Source: a virus
Direction: 5' to 3' (one strand)
IMG/VR virus record: IMGVR_UViG_3300031576_000005
Location: 95,143 to 159,142 of that record
DNA: 64,000 bases
The position numbers were made by a program, and so were the translations under genes. The notes below the pieces were generated by a model. It did no database searches. It was given only the letters and a program-made list of their open reading frames with translations, and was not told where the DNA came from. Of this stretch, positions 57,487 to 64,000 are shown piece after piece. Within the stretch, counting starts at the first letter, position 1. Each line of letters begins with the position of its first letter.

Positions 57487-58275
57487 TTACTTTTTATCAG
57501 ACTTTGACGATGGCGACCAATCAATCCCCTTGCTTTGTTCCAAAAGCCGCAGTTTAGTCATAATAAAACGAACAAATGAAGAGCGTAAAACATCTTCGAG
57601 TTCTTTAAACTCAAAGGTAAATATACCGTTATCTTTAGAGTCTTGGTCACTAAAGATATTAAAAATCTCTTTAAAGCCACTCTTCTCGCCAATTGTATTC
57701 TGAAAAAAAGTATCACCTATGACAAACATTTTAGAATGCTCCCCCATTCTTGATAGAACCATTAAAATTTCCTCTTTGGTCATTGACACGGCTTCGTCTA
57801 CTATAATAGCGGTAGCATTGAATGTATAGCCTTGAACGTATCCAATTGGCAAACACTCAATCTTTCCTTCATTAATCAGATAATCTATTTGTGGTTTTGT
57901 TAGGAATTCGTAGAGTTTCGCGGTGAACGGTTGCATATATGGCCCTAATTTTTCATTGATATCGCCTTTAATAAAACCCATTTTGCCACTTTTAGTAAAT
58001 TCGCAAGGATTTCTAATATAAAGGATTTTAGAAACTTTCTTTTCCTTTAAAAGCATTAAAGAACAATAAACGGATAAAAAAGTTTTACTACTACCCCAAA
58101 TTCCATCTAACAAGCACATTTTTGTGTCTTTGTTAAGGGCTATCTTAATAAAATCCTGTTGTTTGGGTTTAAAGACATAATCTCTAATATTCAACTCTAT
58201 TTTAATTTTTGGTGCTTGTTCGACGTGTATACTTTTATCCTCTTTGTGCTCTTTATGCTCTTTATGTTTTGCCAT
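57487..58275 (-). CDS. phoH: PhoH-like ATPase
   Basis: GIWGSSKT (atypical Walker A), MGFIKGDINEKLGPY, GYTF, IVDEA, SRMGE.SK..IGD..Q, DVLRS. Confidence 0.9.
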   Translation of the reverse strand: MAKHKEHKEHKEDKSIHVEQAPKIKIELNIRDYVFKPKQQDFIKIALNKDTKMCLLDGIWGSSKTFLSVYCSLMLLKEKKVSKILYIRNPCEFTKSGKMGFIKGDINEKLGPYMQPFTAKLYEFLTKPQIDYLINEGKIECLPIGYVQGYTFNATAIIVDEAVSMTKEEILMVLSRMGEHSKMFVIGDTFFQNTIGEKSGFKEIFNIFSDQDSKDNGIFTFEFKELEDVLRSSFVRFIMTKLRLLEQSKGIDWSPSSKSDKK

Positions 58276-58313
58276 ATTAAATATAATAATAAGGTTGAAT
58301 ATCTCTAATATAT

Positions 58314-58320
58314 TTACACT
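58314..58320 (-). promoter_or_regulatory. AGTGTAA motif upstream of phoH
   Basis: Intergenic, oriented toward the gene. Confidence 0.5.
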
Positions 58321-58325
58321 TAATG

Positions 58326-58775
58326 CTATCTTTTCCCACGCCTTACAGACTTATCTGGATAGCATATCCACATTAATTCTATTGGATAATTTAAGAAAAT
58401 CTCAGATGGATTCATATCTTCAAAAGGGCTTCCGCCATGATAAACCTTTCCTTTATAGGCACAACTCCATGTAGACATTTTTTTGTCTATAGCCATGACT
58501 AATATAAGAAGATGGTTTGGAGAAAATACGTGGTTAAAACCCCTTCTCCTAAGATAGAAATCATTGGGTATTAGTTTTAAATTATAACCAGACAATTTTA
58601 AAAAACTCTCCATAAATTCATGTCTCCAGTCGTCGTTCTTTGGGTGAATATTATGAATGTGTTTTAATGAAATCCCTGTCACCAGGGATAGAATATGCCC
58701 GCCACAACTACAAATCGGGCTATTTATCTCCTTGAGATATGGTTTAAACCTTGAAAAAGTATATTTCTTAAACAT
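58326..58775 (-). CDS. Hypothetical protein
   Basis: Own sigma70-like promoter; start moved to ATG 58775. Confidence 0.6.
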   Translation of the reverse strand: MFKKYTFSRFKPYLKEINSPICSCGGHILSLVTGISLKHIHNIHPKNDDWRHEFMESFLKLSGYNLKLIPNDFYLRRRGFNHVFSPNHLLILVMAIDKKMSTWSCAYKGKVYHGGSPFEDMNPSEIFLNYPIELMWICYPDKSVRRGKR

Positions 58776-58786
58776 CTCTATATAAT

Positions 58787-58839
58787 AGAATAGCATTATT
58801 TATTATAAAAATCAATAAAAAAATCAAAAATTAGTGTAA
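58787..58839. promoter_or_regulatory. Divergent promoter region: leftward TTGATT-17-TATTCT and rightward AGTGTAA
   Basis: -35 58810-58815, -10 58787-58792 on minus; AGTGTAA 58833-58839 on plus. Confidence 0.6.
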
Positions 58840-58849
58840 AATCTAATTA

Positions 58850-59335
58850 GTGAAAGAAACTTCTCTTGTTCAGCAGCTTTTTGATGGAAAACAAGCCTCT
58901 GCTATAAAAAATCTTTGGAAAGATGAGGATAATCATTTTTTGATTCAGAAAGAGATAGGAAAAGAACTAATTAGTCAAGAGAAAATTATAGTAAATAATA
59001 GTTTAAATCAATTTTGCTGTATTACGGCTTTGGCGTCGTTTTCTGAAAGCGAAGAAGAAAGTATTTCGGTCGCGGTCATGTTAATGTATTGTTTAAAAAA
59101 TCAAGATATTTTGCCATCACTTGAAAATCATAGGGGAAAAGCGTTTGCGAGTAGGGCGCTCGTGTGTTTGGGGCTTTTTCCGCAAGCCCTACAGAAACGT
59201 TATGAGAGGCTTGGAGCACCGAAGCCAGGATATTATAGAAACGTGGCCAAGACATGGTTTGAAATAGAAAATATGAAGAGTATTTCGTCCCACTTTATCC
59301 AATGGGAATGTTTTCTGAATGAAATGTTTCCCTAA
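58850..59335 (+). CDS. Hypothetical protein (one of few + strand genes)
   Basis: 161-aa ORF in a gap with no minus-strand gene; AGTGTAA 10 nt upstream. Confidence 0.75.
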   Translation: MKETSLVQQLFDGKQASAIKNLWKDEDNHFLIQKEIGKELISQEKIIVNNSLNQFCCITALASFSESEEESISVAVMLMYCLKNQDILPSLENHRGKAFASRALVCLGLFPQALQKRYERLGAPKPGYYRNVAKTWFEIENMKSISSHFIQWECFLNEMFP

Positions 59336-59880
59336 TTTTCCTTGTCTGATTTTTCTTTTGCCAACCATTCATCGATTTTCTTTTTATTTTCTTCGTCTAT
59401 TGCGCCAGGAACAACATAATTTAATACATACAAATCAAGCTCATCAGATGGCACACTAATTCTTTTCTCAATAGCATCTAAAATTTGAACCCGTCTTTTT
59501 TCTAATTCCAGATGTTCAAACGTAAGTTTTTTTAGTCCCTCTATAAGTTCAATCATATTTTTATGTATTTTTTGGAAGATTGTCTTCCTAATTATATAAT
59601 TCTCAACATTGATGTCTGGAAATTCAAGAATATTATTCTTTAAAACTGCTAATAATTCGTCTCTTTCTAGCTGTCTTAGCTTTTCTTTTGCAAAATTTTC
59701 TATTTCTTGAGATGACGGTGTTGTGACACTCCCATATTGGGTTGGAAGTAAAAGCAAAGAATATCTTTCTACTAGTTCTAGAATAGCTAACTTTCTTTCT
59801 TTGGAAAGTCCCGCCCAAACTTGGGTGGTTAAAAAATTCTCTAGGGCTTTACATAGAGATTTTTCTATCAAATAGTTCAC
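59332..59880 (-). CDS. Hypothetical helical protein
   Basis: 182-aa ORF. Confidence 0.6.
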   Translation of the reverse strand: MNYLIEKSLCKALENFLTTQVWAGLSKERKLAILELVERYSLLLLPTQYGSVTTPSSQEIENFAKEKLRQLERDELLAVLKNNILEFPDINVENYIIRKTIFQKIHKNMIELIEGLKKLTFEHLELEKRRVQILDAIEKRISVPSDELDLYVLNYVVPGAIDEENKKKIDEWLAKEKSDKEN

Positions 59881-59881
59881 A

Positions 59882-60148
59882 TTATTGCATATTCTCTAAA
59901 TCTTCTAGAGAACCGTAACTAAGTAATCTCATTATTTGTTGACCGAATTGAATTTCATAGGTATAAACTATAAAAATATCATCTTTGTCCATGTTTTCCC
60001 TAATATAATCAGCTACTTCTTTTAGTTCGGAAAATCCAAACTTCTCGTGAGAAATCTTATGTCCTTTAGAAACTTTTTTAGTAGGGTCGGCCTCGGCTTT
60101 ATCAGACGTAATATAAACTCCAATGTTATCGCTTTTGATATCAGTCAT
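59882..60148 (-). CDS. Hypothetical protein
   Basis: Co-oriented ORF. Confidence 0.6.
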   Translation of the reverse strand: MTDIKSDNIGVYITSDKAEADPTKKVSKGHKISHEKFGFSELKEVADYIRENMDKDDIFIVYTYEIQFGQQIMRLLSYGSLEDLENMQ

Positions 60149-60194
60149 ATAATGCCTTTCTTTATCTATATTTCCATAAGATTCATACTCTATT

Positions 60195-60201
60195 TTACAC
60201 T
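60195..60201 (-). promoter_or_regulatory. AGTGTAA motif upstream of 59882-60148
   Basis: Intergenic, oriented toward the gene. Confidence 0.5.
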
Positions 60202-60217
60202 GTATTGTCCTTTCAAA

Positions 60218-60448
60218 TTATTTTATCATTCTATAATAAAAAGCAATTTCTTCGGCAGCCCAACGGAATAATCTAGCATCACAAAGATGATGAGTATATG
60301 GATAATATGCCAAGGGAAAATGGTCATAAACTAATGTCCATAAACCTCCAATAGAAGTTAATCCTTCGTTAACATTGTGAATAAGAACAAAGCCCCGCTT
60401 ATGTTCATACCCATTTTCGGTTTTTGTCCAATATTTTGTTTTTACCAT
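60218..60448 (-). CDS. Hypothetical protein
   Basis: Coupled ORF. Confidence 0.5.
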   Translation of the reverse strand: MVKTKYWTKTENGYEHKRGFVLIHNVNEGLTSIGGLWTLVYDHFPLAYYPYTHHLCDARLFRWAAEEIAFYYRMIK

Positions 60449-60624
60449 TTTTTCTTTTTATTTAATAATTCAATTTCACACCCTGGATTAAAGATAGCAA
60501 ATCCCACGCCATCTTCCATTTCTGCTTTAAAAATTCCAACTTTTTTCCATGTTCTTTTTTCATATAAAAAAAATTGATTAATTTTTACTTCACCAAATGT
60601 TAAACATTTACATTTTCGGGACAT
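60442..60624 (-). CDS. Hypothetical protein
   Basis: ATG 6 nt after -10 box. Confidence 0.5.
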   Translation of the reverse strand: MSRKCKCLTFGEVKINQFFLYEKRTWKKVGIFKAEMEDGVGFAIFNPGCEIELLNKKKKW

Positions 60625-60630
60625 ATTATA

Positions 60631-60676
60631 TGTATATCATTAATTTGCTTATTTTGCAACAGATATTTTAGTGTAA
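60631..60676. promoter_or_regulatory. Divergent promoter region: leftward TTGCAA-17-TATACA and rightward AGTGTAA
   Basis: -35 60654-60659, -10 60631-60636 on minus; AGTGTAA 60670-60676 on plus. Confidence 0.6.
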
Positions 60677-60684
60677 TATAAAAT

Positions 60685-61639
60685 ATGACGGGGAGTGAAA
60701 ATTATTATTCTAGGCGTGGGTATAAACCCATTGGAAAAAAAATATGTGAATGTTGTGGTATTGAAATGATTATTTATTTACAAAGAGATTTATTACGTAA
60801 GAGATTTTGTTCTAGGAAGTGTTTCGGAATAGTTAATTGTAAAGAAAATAATTTAAGACCACCAATACCAAAAAGTACAAAAGTAAAAGAAATTAAAATA
60901 ATTTGTAAAAAAATAAAGAAAAATATTATTAAAAAGCCCCCCTCGCATAATCGAGAAATATTTTTGTAAATTATGTGGTAAACAAATATGTAAAAATGGT
61001 AAAACCGGTTTATGTCTTATATGTTTCGATAAGGGAAGAACTAAGAATATTGATTTTAAATGTGAGTTTTGTAATAAGGATGCAAAATTAAAACCAAGCT
61101 ATTTTAAAGATAGAAAATATCGTTTTTGTTCTAAGCCGTGTTATCTTAAGATTCTAGAATTATCAAGTAAGTCTCGAATAAAATTTAATTGTGAATTTTG
61201 TAATAAGGAAATTATTCGATATAAAAGTCTGCTAAATGGGAAAAGAAAATTTTGTTCATATAAATGTTGTTGTGAATTTTATAAAAAAACGGGTAAAGAA
61301 AGTCAATTTTATATAGATGGAAGAACTCCATTGAGAAAATTAATTAAAAATTGTGAAAAATATAAACAATGGCAACGTTCTTGTTTCACAAGAGATAATT
61401 GGATGTGTGTTAAATGTAAAAATAAAAATAAATTACATGTACATCATCTTAGAAGATTCTCAATAATATATAATGATTTTTTATTAAAATATTCTCATCT
61501 TTCTCCAGAAAAAGACAAAGAAGAGCTTAATATGTTATCCAGAGAATATAATGATTTTTGGGATATTTCTAATGGTCAAACCTTATGTTATTTATGCCAT
61601 CAGAAAGAACATCCGGAAATAAATTTAACTTTAAAATAA
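60685..61639 (+). pseudogene. Multi-zinc-finger HNH endonuclease with one +1 frameshift (within 60917-60966, C6 run at 60937-60942)
   Basis: CECCG..FCSRKC, then in the next frame CKLCG, CEFC..FCSKPC, CEFC..FCSYKC, YKQW..RDNWMCVKC..HVHH..NGQTLCYLCH. Confidence 0.8.
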
Positions 61640-61661
61640 AACTATAAAAATAAGGAATAAT

Positions 61662-61865
61662 ATGCCGTTAGTAAAACCAACGGAAGGCGAAAAAGAGCAG
61701 GAATTCATCTCTAGATGTATGGAAAATAAAGAATCTAATAAAAAATTTCCAAACCAAAAGCAGCGAGCCGGAGTCTGTTTTTCACTTTGGAAGAAATCTA
61801 AAAAGAAAAAATCAAAAGCTTCCGAGGATTCCATAGAAGATATTGATATAATTATTTTAGATTAA
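61662..61865 (+). CDS. Small conserved-looking phage protein
   Basis: MP..KP..GE..EFISRCM..QRAGVCFSLW. Confidence 0.75.
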   Translation: MPLVKPTEGEKEQEFISRCMENKESNKKFPNQKQRAGVCFSLWKKSKKKKSKASEDSIEDIDIIILD

Positions 61866-61934
61866 TAGCCACCCTGGTTTGCCAGGTTCTCAGCCCCCAG
61901 AGGACTGCGTCTTAATACATTAAACTAGTGGCTA
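61866..61934 (-). tRNA. Non-canonical tRNA-Gln(CUG)-like cloverleaf
   Basis: TAGCCAC TA GTTT-AATGTATTA-AGAC G CAGTC-CTCTGGG-GGCTG AGAA CCTGG-CAAA-CCAGG GTGGCTA: 7/4/5/5-bp stems, U8, A14, U33, U1-A72; no D-loop GG, 4-nt T-loop, no encoded CCA. Confidence 0.7.
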
Positions 61935-61938
61935 AACA

Positions 61939-62202
61939 TTAATCTGTAGTTACCGTGGTAGTCGGTACGACTACAGCGGGTGTAACTACGACACTCCTTC
62001 GTCCGAGGCGATTTGGGGGGACTCCCAAGCGTTTGCGAAGATGTAATATAGTCAATGGAGAAACTTTTAATTCTTTACCATTAACTAAAATTCGTTTTTC
62101 TGTGATTGAGGTGGCAATAGCCTTATTTGATTGTGTCCAATCAACAACAACTCCTTCTGGCACTACGAATGCCTTACGACCGCGTTTTGTATTAGTACTC
62201 AT
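61939..62202 (-). CDS. Small basic putative DNA-binding protein
   Basis: KRGRK, HTH-like SNKAIA..VSPLTILHLRKRLG, Val/Thr-rich tail. Confidence 0.6.
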   Translation of the reverse strand: MSTNTKRGRKAFVVPEGVVVDWTQSNKAIATSITEKRILVNGKELKVSPLTILHLRKRLGVPPNRLGRRSVVVTPAVVVPTTTVTTD

Positions 62203-62222
62203 TTTCTTCTTTCTTTTTTTGG

Positions 62223-62555
62223 TTAAAATTCTTCGGCTTGTTTCCTATATTTAGAAATTAAAAGCCTTTCATATGTGTTATAACAATTTATAGCATTGTT
62301 TAGCTTCTTTGACAAGATATATTTGTTTAATATGTCAAAAATTATTAAAGATAAATGAAAAGTTAGTCCCAAAGATACAATTAAAAAATTTCCAGATATT
62401 ACCGCCATAATTAGTCCAAGCAGAGTTAATATATATAAAGTATTTATTCCTAGCCTATTAGGTACTCTATCAGTTTCTAAATCACGTATTGTCCTTAAAT
62501 GATACAGTCTGCTTTTTTCATCGAACGATAAGAGTCTTTGGATGTTTGGTGGCAT
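62223..62555 (-). CDS. Two-TM membrane protein
   Basis: Two hydrophobic helices. Confidence 0.6.
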   Translation of the reverse strand: MPPNIQRLLSFDEKSRLYHLRTIRDLETDRVPNRLGINTLYILTLLGLIMAVISGNFLIVSLGLTFHLSLIIFDILNKYILSKKLNNAINCYNTYERLLISKYRKQAEEF

Positions 62556-62556
62556 A

Positions 62557-63048
62557 TTATTCCATTAATTTAACTTCATATCTTCTTTGTATTTCTTCTG
62601 GAATCCAAACTTGTTTGGGGACTAATTCAACCCATTGTGTATCAAGCTCATATGTTCTAATAGTAAATTGTCGTTGTTCTTTATGGAGAGAAACTACACT
62701 TTTATCAGCCACGTTACAGAAGAATCGATATTCTTCGGTTTTGGTTTGGCCGCCAAAAAACTCATTATATTCTTCAATGGCTTGATTTAATTCATCTAAA
62801 AAATTCTTTTCTATCATAAACCATTGATTGTCTTTAGTTTTGTCTGCTCCACGAACATAAATATTATATCTGTCTTCAAATTCTGGTACTGTATCACTGA
62901 CTAGGCATATATCACAAGATGAACTAAAAATTTCCCCGGTTTTTCCAAATTGTTTGCCACGATGTGTCTGCTTTATAATCCTAACAGCATATTGTTCTCC
63001 TCCATCGAGAACAACTGATTGTATTTCTAATTGTTTAAATTCATTCAT
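62557..63048 (-). CDS. Hypothetical protein
   Basis: 163-aa ORF. Confidence 0.6.
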   Translation of the reverse strand: MNEFKQLEIQSVVLDGGEQYAVRIIKQTHRGKQFGKTGEIFSSSCDICLVSDTVPEFEDRYNIYVRGADKTKDNQWFMIEKNFLDELNQAIEEYNEFFGGQTKTEEYRFFCNVADKSVVSLHKEQRQFTIRTYELDTQWVELVPKQVWIPEEIQRRYEVKLME

Positions 63049-63053
63049 AATTT

Positions 63054-63293
63054 TTATAAAATTTTTACCCTATATTCAAGGAGAACGGCGGTTTTTGGAC
63101 ATTCTGGAGTTGTAGGAAATTCTGAATATTCTATTTCTAATGTTATTTTTTTATTTTCTTTACAAATATTATGGGCGTTAGAACGATTTATTGCACCTGC
63201 TAAAGTTCTAGAAAGTATTAAATCTTTAATTTCTTCATCTAAAACGTGGAAGTTATCTTCATAAAGAGACGCGGAATATATTGTGTTATACAT
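63054..63293 (-). CDS. Hypothetical protein
   Basis: Co-oriented ORF. Confidence 0.5.
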   Translation of the reverse strand: MYNTIYSASLYEDNFHVLDEEIKDLILSRTLAGAINRSNAHNICKENKKITLEIEYSEFPTTPECPKTAVLLEYRVKIL

Positions 63294-63299
63294 AATGAT

Positions 63300-63680
63300 T
63301 CATTGTTGTTCGCTGTATATTTTATCGAGATACATGGCCATTGTCACGAAGGGAATTACTTGTTTAGCCACCAAAAGAGGATTATAAACCGTTTCTTTTT
63401 TTATATCAAAAGAGCCACGTTTATCATAGGCGTAGAAATTGCCGTTATTGTCGTTATAAATTACCATCACATGGCAAACTAATTTATTATTTTTATAATA
63501 TTCGGCTATAAGCAATCTACTCCAACGTTTTGGATTTTTACTTAATTCATTATCTGCAATTATCGCATCTTGAAAGGCTACAGCTTCCACCATACACCCT
63601 CCAACAATTTTAGTTCTTGATGCTCTTGTTATTTCGCAAGAGGTCAAAAATAATGTCAGGATTATAAAATATTTTTTCAT
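63300..63680 (-). CDS. Lipoprotein, possible papain/transglutaminase-like Cys-His-Asp domain
   Basis: Lipobox LTSC; GCMVEA..CHVMVIY..YAYD. Confidence 0.5.
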   Translation of the reverse strand: MKKYFIILTLFLTSCEITRASRTKIVGGCMVEAVAFQDAIIADNELSKNPKRWSRLLIAEYYKNNKLVCHVMVIYNDNNGNFYAYDKRGSFDIKKETVYNPLLVAKQVIPFVTMAMYLDKIYSEQQ

Positions 63681-63835
63681 AATCAAATTATCTCTATTTC
63701 ATCTCCATGTTTTGTGATACATTCTCCTCCGTCGTCTGGAACAATAATACAATTTGCCCCGACAATTAAAATAATAGTACCAGTTCTTTCAATTTCATTT
63801 TCTGTCCATTTGGCATTCATCTTTTAGGGAAAATT

Positions 63836-64000
63836 TTACCTACCAATTTTTTTTATTAACATTATACATTGCGTATATTCTTCAATTTCTTCTTTAGAAT
63901 ATTCATTTTCTTTTGCGAATGCCTCACCCGTTGGGCTGAGCCATTCGTCAACCGTCATGATTTTACAACCAATTGCGACCTCACCATAAGCACAGTTAGT
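63836..64000 (-). CDS. 3' end of a gene running off the window
   Basis: Open frame VAIGCK..EW..EIEEY..GR*. Confidence 0.55.
   Translation of the reverse strand, partial: TNCAYGEVAIGCKIMTVDEWLSPTGEAFAKENEYSKEEIEEYTQCIMLIKKIGR

Noticed and set aside
58326-58775. Peptidase C39-like call from CSCGG..LVTG
   Set aside because: No convincing catalytic His/Asp at the expected spacing.
71-61639. Group I introns housing the homing endonucleases
   Set aside because: Flanking genes appear complete, the endonuclease ORFs abut or overlap them, and there is no room or recognisable core sequence for an intron.
104-63482. Most + strand ORFs in the supplied track
   Set aside because: They are antisense shadows of clear minus-strand genes with no recognisable motifs; only 58850-59335, 60685-61639 and 61662-61865 occupy their own space.
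1-64000. Genome-wide stop-codon reassignment
   Set aside because: Long conserved genes are open under the standard code and end properly at TAA, TAG or TGA; in-frame stops are few and of mixed type.
1-64000. CRISPR array, retron or diversity-generating retroelement
   Set aside because: No regularly spaced repeats, cas genes or reverse transcriptase motifs seen.

Overview
AT-rich (roughly 30% GC by eye), very gene-dense segment, almost all on the minus strand. It reads as part of a large (probably jumbo-type) dsDNA bacteriophage genome: RecA, SSB, a sigma factor, class Ia NrdAB, PhoH, dCMP deaminase, dNMP kinase, two RNA ligases, many small orphan ORFs and about ten free-standing homing-endonuclease genes. 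No virion genes fall in the window, so the phage call is an inference. Bases 0.8-20.7 kb form a nucleotide-sugar synthesis, decoration and glycosyltransferase island. Its NodU-type carbamoyltransferase is split by a frameshift at an (AG)7 repeat lying in the inter-domain linker, and the adjacent FkbM methyltransferase carries a G8 tract, suggesting a phase-variable phage glycan-modification system. Non-coding finds: a tRNA-Gln(CUG)-like cloverleaf lacking both the D-loop GG and the TTC T-loop (61866-61934), two multi-stem candidate RNAs flanking one small ORF (36.9-37.4 kb), ten sigma70-like promoters (several apparently leaderless), a recurrent upstream AGTGTAA motif, a duplicated 15-nt palindrome abutting start codons, and apparent GATC avoidance. 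Several nuclease genes and small ORFs carry single-base frameshifts or in-frame stops, which may be decay, recoding or sequence error. All calls come from motif recognition by eye; no searches or folding were run.
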